A stretch of DNA of 54,250 nucleotides from Macrostomum lignano. Its lineage: Eukaryota. The position numbers and the translations under genes are program-made. The notes beneath the pieces are model-generated. The model ran no database searches and was not told the origin of the DNA. It saw only the letters and a program-made list of their open reading frames with translations. Below, in pieces: positions 38,567 through 50,583 of the stretch. The stretch lies in the NCBI GenBank assembly GCA_002269645.1, contig NIVC01004221.1:1-54250 (forward strand), written 5' to 3'. The number at the start of each line of letters is the position of its first letter. The stretch's first letter is position 1.

Positions 38567-38884
38567 AATAATAAATAATAATACGCTCGTAATTGATTAC
38601 ACCTGCCCTGATGGCCAGATGTGCAACCGACAGCTCAGCCGCAGCTATTGCGCGGCGCATCTGAAGGCTGCTTACGGCTGTTCAGTCTACGGACTGGGGG
38701 GTCGCCACACACCCTCAATTACCCCAGCTAATGCTGGCACCCATTTTACAGCTGGGTGAACTGAAGCAATGCAGAGTTAAGTGTCTTGCTTAAGGATACA
38801 AATTGTTCCAACGGGATCGGAAATCGAACCCCCGACCTCCAAATCATGAGTTCGATGCTCTAACCACACTAGGCTACAACCTCC
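38567..38884 (-). mobile_element. tRNA-derived CORE-SINE (about 320 bp)
   Basis: On the minus strand: A-box TAGCCTAGTGTGG, B-box GGTTCGATTTCC, then tgtatccttaagcaagacacttaactctgcattgcttcagttcacccagctgtaaaatggg (plus 38740-38800). This closely parallels the MIR CORE consensus as recalled (tgtgaccttgggcaagttacttaacctctctgtgcctcagtttcctcatctgtaaaatggg). It ends in an (ATT)n-like tail. Confidence 0.8.
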
Positions 38885-40564
38885 TAGGCTGCACCCAGCA
38901 ATGAGGCAAAAAACAAAGAAGGCTCATGAGCACGCACACACCTGTACATCTAGCCTAACCTGACTTGTCGAACCCAGTATAGCTTGGTACAAGGGTTGGA
39001 TGCGTCACCACTCCACCGACACTCAGCCCTGTTGGGGGTAAACACTCGATCGTGTATCGCTTAACATTGGTATCGCGGTCGCTAGAAATGGGTGGCGCAG
39101 TTTAAATGATGCAGATGCCCCGAGGATAAGCCAGGCGCCTCCCTCTCCGTATTCATTAGCAGCGGCAGCAGCAGCAGCCCACGGCTCATTGAATTACAGC
39201 AACCCGACACCCCGACAGCCATGCAGACGCACGCCCACTCTGCTCTCTCTCTCTGTCCCTCTCAATTTCACTCTCGGCTCTAACGCGTGAGGCGTTATGC
39301 AAATCCATTAGTGACGATCCCGCGGTTGGCTTCTGTTTGCTGACTGATTTTTCAACAACCCCTCCTCCCCTGACGCCTCCGCGACCAGCAAGCATCGCGG
39401 CGAACTCCTAGTGACGAGCGTCAACTACACCGGCTATGACCCGGGTGTAAACCAAGATAAATATTAGAAATAGCTCACAGCGCTTTTGGTGTGTTTCTTT
39501 GGGGTGAGAGACATAAATTTACAAAAGCATCGATAGTGATCAATATGAATGCTGGAGAAAATTTGAGCCAGATGCGCTAGTGCTCATATCTGATCAGCCA
39601 CTTCTTCCCTCTGAGCTTGGGAGGAGTTACCCCAACCAACTCAACGCATTCAACTGGACTCGAAGCCTAGCTAAGGCAGTAAATTATTCCATTCTTCATC
39701 ATGAAGTCAGCCCATGCAGCCCAGCCGGCAATAAGTTAGAATTGGCCTCGCTCTAGGAGGCCGCCTAATCGACTTGAATCATCATCTCCGTGTTTGTTTG
39801 CCAGTCGGCAGCTCAGGCTAAAGAGTTGGAGAAATTGAGAGAGAGAGAGAGAGAGAGTTTTGCGCCCAGCCTACCATGCAGGCTATCGAACCCCCGCCCA
39901 CCCACCGCACAGGCCCGGCTCCGAGAGTGGGAGAGGAAGGCCCTCCGGCTTGTTGTGAAAGGGACTTACAGCAGAAGGCTGGCAAGGGCTGGCCCGCCCA
40001 CTGGCCGGGTGTTCCCCGAAACCGCTGATCCCTCTCTGTGCCCTCCGGGAAGGGCGTCCCCTCATCTTTGCCCAGTGCCACCTCATCTCTCTCTTTCTCA
40101 CTCCTTCGCTCTTGTTTGCCTTTAATTTCAGGCGGGAAATTTTACAAGCTGCTACTGTTTACTCACGCGCAGTCTATCGCAGCGGCTCAAACGCTCGCGC
40201 ACACAGCATAGCGTGAGCAGCGGCACTCAAACAAGGGGGTGTTGTTTTGGTACTCCCAATCTCCCTCTCCTCTTTCTCACACGTTCTAAAATCTCTCCAT
40301 CCTTTTCTTGATCGCCAGTGGTGACTGAACCGAATCGGGGGGCTATCTTGAGAGGCTAGACAAGCTCTTGAGCGCGTGATCAACGCGTGCTGTCGGCTCT
40401 CTTGACCAAAGCGTCTCTTTCTTCCAACAGAGCTCCGTGCAAAGGCGCCTACCCAAAAGCAGTCCACCCACCTACACTAAAAATCTTTTAGATAAAAGCA
40501 GCAACGCCCAGTCTCAACCACGCAGCAGAAGCAACAGTTGGGAACAGAAGACACCCAGTAGCAG

Positions 40565-43500
40565 ATGGCCACCACTGTCTATCATCTGTTAGCTTGCACA
40601 GCAGTGCTTGCTGTTCTAACTCTTCCCGTGGCATTCTGCACTAATCCATTGAGTATCGAGCGTTCCTGCAACCTGCGGGAGGAGCGCGACACTGGTTATT
40701 TTGTGGTCAACTTAAAAGAGCTGCTGAAGGATTGCCGCGATCTAAACGGCGAGGAGCTGGCCAACGTCAGCGTTCGTCCGTACCTTCCCGACGACCCGGT
40801 GGCGTCGCTGTTCCGCCTCGCCTATGATGGTAGCCTGACCACTGCTGGGCGGATCGACCGAGACAGTCTGTGCGACAGTCGCGGACTCTGCTGCGAAAAG
40901 GACATGCACGTACGCCAAAATGATCAGGCATCCGTGTGCGATCTTCGATATGATGCTGCAGCCACCACGGTGGTCAATCGTCGGTTCCTGGCGCTGACAC
41001 TAAACATACAGCTGGAAGATATCAACGACAACAAGCCAATGTTTCAGCGGGCCCGAAACGGAGTTCGCTTCAAGGAGACCGACAGGCTTGGCGCCTCCGT
41101 TCCGCTGCCAATTGCCCAGGACGCTGACTGGGGTCGCAACGGTGTCGTATCCTATCGACTTGGCAGCGGTGCCGAGCAGTTTGAGCTGCGCCAGGTTCGC
41201 GGCGATAGCAGAGCTGCGTTCCCAGAAGCTGTTCGCGCCCTGGAGCTGGTCAACCGAGCGCCGCTGGACCGAGAGAGACGCAGCTCCTACGGCTTCCAGT
41301 TGCTAGCCGAGGACGGCGGCCGCAAGGTTGGAGCCACCATCATCAACGTCACCATTGAAGACGTCAATGACTGCACTCCAGAGTTCGTCAACGGCTCAAG
41401 GTTGGCGGTGAATTTAGAGGAGGACACGAGGCCGCACAGCACCGTGTTTTCCGTGCTGGCCGTGGATAATGACGAGGGCCAGAACGCCCGAGTCGGTTAC
41501 AGTCTGCGCCCCGGCCACCGCAGGCCCTATCCTGTCGGCCTGTTTGGCGTGGACGCCTACTCTGGTCGGGTGACACTGAACGGTCGTCTGCTGTACCGTC
41601 GGGATGAAGAAAACGTCTATGAGCTGCTGGTCACTGCTTTTGACTATGGATCGCCGCGAAGGTCAAGCGAAATTGAAGTCGAGGTTAGTTGTTGGCTATC
41701 AGCCCTGCTTAGGGATGTTTAACTGAACTTGAACCTTGAGGTTAGATATGATTATTTACCTCTTATTTAACTATTTTAAATAATTCTTCGTCAAGCTCTG
41801 GTCGGCACTCTAGAAAATTTACTAGGAGCTTCATAAGGTAAAAATAGGAATTTGTGTTGCGGGACAGAAGCAATTTCGTATCCTGCGCGTTGTAAAGCTA
41901 CGAACTTGAAGTACTGCCTCATTTGATTCACATACAATCAGGTCAGAGTGCTGGACGTGAACAACCACAACCCGACAGTGCGCGTCATCGGCTTCGGCAC
42001 GCAGACCTCTTCAGTCCGCGTGATGGAGAACGTCGCCTACGCATCCAACGTAATTGCCACGGTGCTGGCGTCGGACCAGGACTCCGGTGACAACGGCCGA
42101 GTTGAGTGTCGCCTGGTCAATGAGCCAGAGGGACAGCAGCAACAGCCGGCATCCTTTCGGCTGCAGTACATGAAAGAGATTGGCAGCAGTCGAGCAGCCA
42201 GCTATCACCTGTACGCTATACGCAGCTTCGATCGCGAGACGCAAGCCGTGCACATTGTGCGTCTGCGGTGCAGCGATCACGGTAGTCCGCCAAGGCACAC
42301 GAATGCGATCGTCCGCGTGCTAGTCGATGACGCCAACGATTCGCCGCCTGTTTGGCGCAAAACGGAGTTCAGTTTCAGCATCCTGGAGAACCAGCAGGAA
42401 GGGACGGCCATCGGCGCGCTTCAGGCTGAGGACGCCGATGCTCCGCCTAACGACGCCATTCAGTACAAGATCGAGCCAGAAACTTTCAAGGATGTCCGAA
42501 TCTATCTGAACACCGGCCGCCTCGTGGCCAATAAGGTGTTCGACCGGGAGGAGCGCGACCGTTACGTTTTTCAAGTTGTGGCCTTCAATTCAGCCCCGCC
42601 GCACTACTCGGCCACAGCCACGGTTGTTCTGACAATTCTGGACGTCAACGATAACAGTCCGGAGTTCGACTTCGCAACGCCTCGTCGAGTCCTGGTGCCG
42701 GAGGACTCTCCACGTGGCACCCTGGTGGCGCTTCTAAACGTTACGGACGCGGATGAGCCCGGCCGGAGGGAGTTCAACTTCATCCTCACCAGCGACGATG
42801 GCAGCGGTGGCGTCGGCGGCAGCGTCCCGGGGCGGCAGCATCGAAACGGCGCTAACAAATTCCAGATCGACTCGCACGGCCGTCTGACGCTTAGAGACGA
42901 GCTGGACCGCGAGCTGGAGAGCGAGTATCACCTGCGAATCGGGGTCAGCGATGGCGTGCACCCGGCGCGGTCAAATGTCTTTTACCTGACAGTCGAGATT
43001 GGCGATGTTAATGATACTCCGCCTAGGTTCATCTTTCCGGATCCAGAGCGCAGAGTTAATCGGGTAAGTTAAAACTTTCGATTTCTGGAGGTACTGTAAA
43101 GGGAAAATCGACCGGTGTTCTGCCCTGCCCCCACACTGTAGGCCAGCAAGCCACACCCAAAGGATCGAAACAATAGAAACTGAATGAAACAGATCTTTAT
43201 CCGACATTGTTGATTGGTCAAACTTAATAAGTAATAGTGTCCCCAAACGGCAACTTTTATGTGCAGACTATATTAGAAATAAAACGATAATATAGACAAT
43301 ACTCTCTAGCGTGATTCAAACTTTGAATTTTAAAATGAATAATTGAAGTGGAACAGTCGACAAAAATCTACTCGGAACGCACTACGAGCAGGTGAACATC
43401 AGCAGCACCCTGACGCCGAGGAGCCTAGTCGCCAAGATCGACGCTCGAGACGACGACGCAGGCAAGAACGGAAACGTGACCTACCGCCTGCTGCCGACCT

Positions 43501-46500
43501 CAACTGCAACCGGCGCAGGCCAGTCTGGGCCGGACGACAGCGAGCACTTTGAGCTGGAGCCGGTCACAGGTCACCTGTTGGTTCGCGAAAATCTTCGCCC
43601 CTTCGCTGGTCGCCTGTTCATGCTGCGCATCGAGGCTGCGGACGCCGGCCGAGACCGCCAGCTGAAACGGGACACCCTCCTGCAGGTGGCCGTCAAGAAC
43701 GATTCGTTCGCGTCATCGTCGTCCTCGAGTTCTTCCGCAGCGGCGCGTCCGTTTCCGCCTTCGCTGTCCGGCGGTGGCGGCGACAAAACGGCGGCGGAAG
43801 CGGCGGACACCGAAACGGTGGCCGCGTTTCCTCGGAAGTGTCCGGGCCGGCGCTGCTGCTGGTGTCCGGGTTGGCCATCCTGGTGCTTCTGATACTCATC
43901 CTGTCGATTGCGTTCCTCATCGTGAAAAGACGCGCCGAGACGGCGTCCCAAGCCAGGGCAGTCCGTGAGTGGCCTTTGTTCTTTGTGGTGCACGCACGAC
44001 GCGATGACAGTCCATGGCTCTAGGACAGGGCCCAGCTTGCATGAGCCGCCCCGATTGGCTTAATAGGTGTTTGATTACTGGGGGCTTGACATTTAAATTA
44101 TTGAAAAAAAATTGTTGTTGACACCGCACTAAGACCCACGCTTCTTTGATGTGGCCACAGTCACTGCAAATGCAAATGGAAGGCTTTGTTAACCTCTGAG
44201 TTGGGGGAAGGTTGTATAGTCAACAAGGAAGTGAAAGGAGCTGAACTTTTGAGGGTCGCTAGACGTTACATCTGCGCTCAGTGCTGGCGCGGGATCGTGA
44301 GTGAGGAAGTCGGGACACGTTGCACAGAGACGTGCAAAACCAGGTGCTATTGAAAAAATGACAAAAAAATCAATTTTCCCGCTGGTGCGACGGTAGGAAA
44401 GACATCATCAGAGAAACCTGACCCCGAAGAGCATCTGCCTACATTTCAAAACCAAAATAAACCAGCATTTGCGGGTCGTGTTTCACTTTTTTTCGCCCCC
44501 CCCCAGAAAGTTTTCCAAGTGTGAAATTTTAATAATGGTTGGTGCGAGGATGGAAGTCAGTTAAACAAAAACTGATGGAGAGAGCTGGCAATCAAGGACT
44601 TCGAGGTTCATATTGCTTTCCTTATGCAGAGATTAATTAACCTGTCTGTCACTCTGTCTGTCTGGTGCGCAATTTCTTTGATTCATTTTCTTGCTACTGA
44701 CGCGCAGATGCCTAGCTGTGTCATACCTGTGCCTCCTTTCTTTCTTTGTCCGCCTTCTTTTGATTGATTTTCTGGTAAAGCCGCGGGAGCGCAGAAGAAG
44801 GAGGCTGGCTCCAGTTCACTGCAATGCACGAACAAGCTCCCTCTCTGCTCGCAGACAAAGCTATCCATATCAGAGCTAGTCTATCTGCTAAAATAGTAAA
44901 ACAATACTGAGTACCAAGAGCACAAGTGTGTGAGCTCTATTGTTTTCTAGTCACATTGCTGAGGACCTGCAGATCCTCTTACCTGGAAGGTGTCATTCGC
45001 TTTTAAGCGAAGCTTTCTCGTTGAATCTCGACTAAAGCTCAAGGACTGCAGCAGCTGGTGGCCCTGGCTTGAAGGGTGTCGGGTTTGCTGGTCGCGCATC
45101 GGTGGGTTTTTACAAAGGAATTAACCCCGGTTGTTAATTGAGCTCAACTCACTATATGGTGGAGCGCACGACTGCAATTGTTGTTCATTGCCCCGTTCCG
45201 CATGAGAAGGAACGGCTGAGACTAAAAAGCCATCGCAAATTTACTTAGCTTCGAGCCTTCGAGGTTACAGTCGAGGCATGAGCGCTTGAACGCCTTCACT
45301 TACTGTACCTCGGGGCCAACCCCGCGCGCTCCCCTGCCGACACTTTTCACACGCGACATTTTTTTGCACCGCCCCGTCTCCGCGCTTCAGTCTTCCCTTT
45401 AATTATAACAGCTCAGGTGGCTAAATAATCGCAGCCCACCCCCTCCCCCACGCATTAGTGGGCCGGCCCCTTTTTCTTCTCTGCCTTCTCTGCTCAGCTG
45501 TTGCTTTGATTCGTTTGATTCTGGCCGGCTCTTGAGGCGGGATGGGCCGCGATTGCGTGGGCTTTGATGAGCGAAAAAAGATGGGAATCTTTTTATGGAT
45601 TGAGACTACGAATTATATGCTTTCTAATATGAAGTTATGTATTATTTGTCTGAAAATATTCGCCATGTCTCAGTTTGAAGTATCTTCATTATCAAATTAT
45701 CACAGATTTAGTAGGACGAAGGTCAACATCGCTCCCGTTCTCTTCTACAGTCGATCCGTCCGAGTTGATGAAGATGGACCCAGCCAGGGCATACGAGTCG
45801 CTGACCATGAAGACGCAGCACCACACGGGGCGGTCCGAGCAAACCGGATATCCGGCCTCGTCAATTGTAAGTTGCCTGCGAAACTTCCCTGCAATTTGAT
45901 GCTTTTATCTTTAAATGCTTAAATGCTTCTTCCGGGTGAGGCTCTGGTGTCTCTTCTTGATTCAGCACTTCCCTTTAGACTTCCAGCGTCCCAAATGACC
46001 AATGAATAACAAGTAACACCCATAAGCGTCTCCCACTTGACCGTGCAGCCTCTAGCGCTGAAAAAGAATTACCGGCAACAGCAGAGACAGCAGCAGCAGC
46101 ACCAGCAGTACGAGAAGTGCGATGACGAACCAGCCGCCGCAGCCGCCGCCGCCCTGAATCAGCAGAGGATGTCGAGGACAAGCAGAACGGATCTGGCGAA
46201 GCTGGGAATCTGCGGTCTAGATGACCTCGGTAAGCAGCAAACGCTTAGCGCAGTTCTTTTGTGATCTCCTGAGAAATGTTCCTAAATACCTGTTCTTCTC
46301 TGTTGACGAATTTATTTGTCAGTTAGTCAGGGTTGCAGTGCCCTGTGTAGGTTCTGACGCAACTTCTTGATGACGCAACACTCAACTCCATTACCTAATG
46401 TCTGAAGCACTCAGGCACGCAAGCACAGATCTAATCTCATGGTCAGGCAGTGTGCGAGCTACATCTGACAAGCCCATGGGTCCCTCTCATCTTCCACTCT

Positions 46501-47447
46501 TCTCCCTCCCATTCCCTCTCATCTTCCTCCCCTCTCCCTCCTTTCCCCTCTCATCTTCCTCCCCTCTCCCTCCTTTCCCCTCTCATCTTCCTCTCTTCTC
46601 CCTCCCTTCCTCTCTCATCTTCCTCCCCTCTCCCTCCTTTCCTCTCTCATCTTCCTCCCCTCTCCCTCCTTTCCCCTCTCATCTTCCTCCCCTCTCCCTC
46701 CTTTCCCCTCTCATCTTCCTCTCTTCTCCCTCCCTTCCTCTCTCATCTTCCTCCCCTCTCCCTCCCTTCCTCTCTCATCTTCCTCCCCTCTCCCTCCTTT
46801 CCCCTCTCATCTTCCTCTCTTCTCCCTCCTTTCCCCTCTCATCTTCCTCTCTTCTCCCTCCTTTCCTCTCTCATCTTCCTCCCCTCTCCCTCCCTTCCTC
46901 TCTCATCTTCCTCTCTTCTCCCTTTCCTCTCCCATCTTCCTCCCTTCTCCCTCCCTTTCCCCTCTCATCTTCCTCCCCTCTCCCTCCCTCATTTCCCCTC
47001 TCATCTCCCTCTCTTCTCCCTCCCTTTCCCCTCCTTGCAGGAATGTTTCATCAGCGAAGTTCGGCCAATTCCGTTCCAGCGCCCGGCCGCTCGTCGCAAT
47101 GCCAGTCGGACACTGACCTACGGCTGTGCGGTGCTGGCGTCGCTCCGGACGTGGCTTTGACGGCGGCAGCATCGACAACGGTGCGGCAGCAGCGAGGAGG
47201 CGTCGGTGGCGAATACGTCAGCGTGCCGCAGCATCCCCCGGGCAGACAGCTCGGCTCGCCGCTGGGCTACCGGAGGCAGCAGCAGCAGCAGCAGCAACAA
47301 CAGCAGCATCCAGGCTACACGCAGCTGAACAGTCTGACAAAGATGTCGCACAGGCAGCATCACAGCTCGGTATCGGCGGTGGCTGCCGCTGCAGCGGGCG
47401 GCCGAAAGCAAGCCCGGATACCGTACGATCACGTCAGCGATGTTTAG
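40565..47447 (+). CDS. Protocadherin with 7 extracellular cadherin repeats (delta1-like architecture). Exons 40565-41683, 41942-43063, 43392-43964, 45751-45866, 46049-46229, 47041-47447; about 1170 aa; one -1 frameshift at A4 run 43785-43788
   Basis: Signal peptide; six DxND/NxxP linkers (DINDNKP, DVNDCTP, DVNNHNP, DANDSPP, DVNDNSP, DVNDTPP); DRE motifs; TM segment ALLLVSGLAILVLLILILSIAFLIV followed by KRR. Splice phases 0,0,1,0,1 are consistent. The cytoplasmic exons are less certain than the ectodomain. Confidence 0.88.
46480..47035. repeat. 32-bp polypyrimidine minisatellite (cccctctcatcttcctcccctctccctccttt), protocadherin intron 5
   Basis: About 17 copies; one purine per unit; runs up to the acceptor at 47040. 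Confidence 0.95.
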
Positions 47448-47828
47448 TCGAAGGAATCATCTGTTACCAGCGGCGTACACCGGCCGCTTTCGTTTCTCTC
47501 GTCGCATTGTATTAACCCGTCACATTGACTTGCTTTGTCCGTTATTTACGCTTTACCATGTAAGCAAAGCCCATAGCCATTGATTCGCTGCTCAGCAACT
47601 TAGGCATCAAAATCTTTCACAATGATGCATGCAATCTATACTAGAAACAGACAGCGCCACATTGTTTTTGTTCTTAGGATGAAAACTGATATCAATAATA
47701 CTCGTATTATGCAATAAATGCTTGTAACTTATTTCCAATAAAATTCCGAATCAGAATCTTCACCGAAGAACTGTCTTCTGTATATTTTGATTGATTGATT
47801 GATTGAAGTAAACACAAGGAATTAAAGT

Positions 47829-47998
47829 CCGCCCGGCTTTTCCCGCCAAGGTTTGCCCACCCGGCTTTTCCCGCCAAGCTTTGCCCGCCCGGCTTTTCCC
47901 GCCAAGCTTTGCCCGCCCGGCTTTTCCCGCCAAGGTTTACCCGCCCGGCTTTTCCCGCCAAGCTTTGCCCGCCCGGCTTTTCCCGCCAAGGTTTGCCT
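47829..47998. repeat. 28-bp minisatellite (ccgcccggcttttcccgccaagctttgc), about 6 copies
   Basis: Directly visible; one further partial unit near 48095-48112. Confidence 0.9.
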
Positions 47999-48917
47999 GC
48001 ATTTTGCCCCCAACCGATGTACCCCACTGGGTCCTTCCTACTACCCTTGTGTACCATCGGTAAGCTTTGCATGCCGATGTCGTTCCCCCATTGGCTTTTC
48101 CCGCCAAGGTTTAATGCCACCCCCCCCCCCAACCGATGTACATGCAAGGACCACTGTGGTCCTGAGTCCTACTACAGTGGTCCTTGTGTACATGTGCATC
48201 GGTAAGCTATTAATGCATGCATATACGATGTCGTTCCCCATTGGGGCAAAATGCCACAAGGCTAAATCAATGCATCGCGGGGCAAATCTCGATGGTTCGT
48301 CTGCAAGCAATTCTAATGGACCTGGAAAATTTGGAAAGGGAATTGGGAGAAAAATTGAAATTCCTGTCATTTTCCTGGCAGGTCAATGCATGAAGGGCAG
48401 AGAGGAGAGGAGGAGAGGGGATGGTAGGGCCGAATGAATTGGATATGTTCTACCAGTCCGTATATATGGTTAAGGTACAAGAGAGATCTATTTTTTAAAG
48501 TAATTAAAATCTTTTAAATATGTTGACAGTATTATAGCTAGCATTTTTGAGAAATGTTGAGTTACCGGCGTTTGGGCTGTTTACCTGTACAAAACTGTAC
48601 TGAACAAACTACCCTCTCTCTGAGCAAAGTGTACAGATGTACACGCAAACTACTAGCGTGGGCTTGCGTACATTCGTCCCCCTCTCCTCTAGCAGGACAA
48701 GCAGCTATAATGTGTAATCTCGTACCAACCCTCAGACCCCGGCATAGAATGTCCATTCCAATCCGTCTCACCCCTGCCGCTCCCTCCCTTCCCCGGGGGC
48801 AGCGCGTACGCCGCAAGCGATTTGACTGCTAGAAAAGCCCCCCAGATACACCCTTCCAGCAGTTTCTCGTTTCAATTCACTATACGAACCCAGGCAGTCT
48901 TATTATTTTACTAAGCG

Positions 48918-49298
48918 ATGGAAGCTTGGCTAAGATGCCCGATCTGCCTTGAGATAGCCGATCAGGCTATGGAGACCAGCTGCTGTCACCAGGTGCACTG
49001 CCGCGCCTGCGTCGCCCGGGTGAACAGGTGCGCCCAGTGCCGCCACGAGCCTGTGCGAGCCGAGGCCAGCGCCTTGGCCCGTCGGATGATCGACAGTCTG
49101 CCCTTCAAATGTCCGCACTGCGATCGACGAGGCCCGCGCGGCGAAATTCGCGAACACGAAGTCGCTTGTGAGCGCCGGCCGATCAAATGCCCGGCGCCGG
49201 ACTGCCAGTACCAGGGCTTGGCGCCGGAGTTCCTGCTGCACTTGAAGGACAAACATCGCGAGGCTCTGTTGCGCAATGCGGACAAGTGCTTCGCGTGA
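48918..49298 (+). CDS. Small intronless RING finger + Sina/TRAF-type zinc-finger protein (126 aa), probable E3 ubiquitin ligase
   Basis: C3HC4-type RING CPIC...CCHQVHCRAC...CAQC, then FKCPHC...HEVAC and CPAPDC...HLKDKH; GC-rich codon usage like the neighbouring exons; TGA at 49296-49298. Confidence 0.8.
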   Translation: MEAWLRCPICLEIADQAMETSCCHQVHCRACVARVNRCAQCRHEPVRAEASALARRMIDSLPFKCPHCDRRGPRGEIREHEVACERRPIKCPAPDCQYQGLAPEFLLHLKDKHREALLRNADKCFA

Positions 49299-49339
49299 TA
49301 GCTTCTTCTGTACTCAGCCAACTGACTTGGTCGCAAACT

Positions 49340-50165
49340 TTATCTTCCTGCTGTTTCATCCCCTTCTCCCTCCTGTCTTCCCAACTATCGTCCTGTTGTT
49401 TCATCCCCTTCTCCCTCCTGTCTTCCCAATTATCTTCCTGCTGTTTCATCCCCTTCTCCCTCCTGTCTTCCCAACTATCTTCCTGCTGTTTCATCCCCTT
49501 CTCCCTCCTCTCTTCCCAATTATCTTCCTGCTGTTTCATCCCATTCTCCCTCCTGTCTTCCCAATTATCTTCCTGCTGTTTCATCCCCTTCTCCCTCCTG
49601 TCTTCCCAACTATCTTCCTGCTGTTTCATCCCATTCTCCCTCCTGTCTTCCCAATTATCTTCGTTGTTTCATCCCCTTCTCCCTCCTGTCTTCCCAATTA
49701 TCTTCCTGCTGTTTCATCCCCTTCTCCCTCCTGTCTTCCCAATTATCTTCGTTGTTTCATCCCATTCTCCCTCCTGTCTTCCCAACTATCTTCCTGTTGT
49801 TTCATCCCATTCTCCCTCCTGTCTTCCCAATTATCTTCGTTGTTTCATCCCCTTCTCCCTCCTGTCTTCCCAATTATCTTCCTGCTGTTTCATCCCCTTC
49901 TCCCTCCTGTCTTCCCAATTATCTTCGTTGTTTCATCCCCTTCTCCCTCCTGTCTTCCCAATTATCTTCGTTGTTTCATCCCCTTCTCCCTCCTGTCTTC
50001 CCAACTATCTTCCTGCTGTTTCATCCCCTTCTCCCTCCTGTCTTCCCAATTATCTTCGTTGTTTCATCCCCTTCTCCCTCCTGTCATCCCAATTATCTTC
50101 GTTGTTTTATCCCCTTCTCCCTCCTGTCATCCCAATTATCTTCGTTGTTTCATCCCCTTCTCTCT
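49340..50165. repeat. 42/45-bp pyrimidine-rich minisatellite (ctgtttcatccccttctccctcctgtcttcccaattatcttcctg), about 19 copies
   Basis: Directly visible; starts about 40 bp after the RING gene stop. Confidence 0.95.
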
Positions 50166-50583
50166 CTTATCTCTTCCCAATTCATCTTCTCTCCCATATT
50201 TTATTCCTCACTTTTTTAAAAACACACAAAAAAACGGGTATACGATCGAGAACTCGTACGTGTTAAGAGTATACCGTGACCTTTGAATAATATTGAATAA
50301 TTGAAATATTTATTTAGCTTTCAAATTTTATAAATATTTTGGACGCTCAATGTGGCAATCATTCAGTCTAATTTCTGAGAAATAATATCATATCATCCTA
50401 ATAGAGGTTGGAGGTAAGACACGAAGATAATGATAGAAAATCCCACAAACTTTGCCATACTGTTTCTACGTGTAAATATAATAAATATTATAAACGACAA
50501 TGCACTAAGAATATAGCACGGAATTTACGTTGTTCGTTTTTTAATCTGCTAAAAATTGAAAGTCGGATTTTATGTCTGAAGTT

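Noticed and set aside
37285-38568. Cluster of 60-150-aa ORFs upstream of the SINE, considered as a LINE or transposase remnant
   Set aside because: No reverse transcriptase, endonuclease or DDE motifs recognisable; overlapping short ORFs are expected at this GC content.
38815-38884. tRNA gene
   Set aside because: It has A and B boxes but no closing acceptor stem, and it runs directly into a CORE domain, so it is a SINE head.
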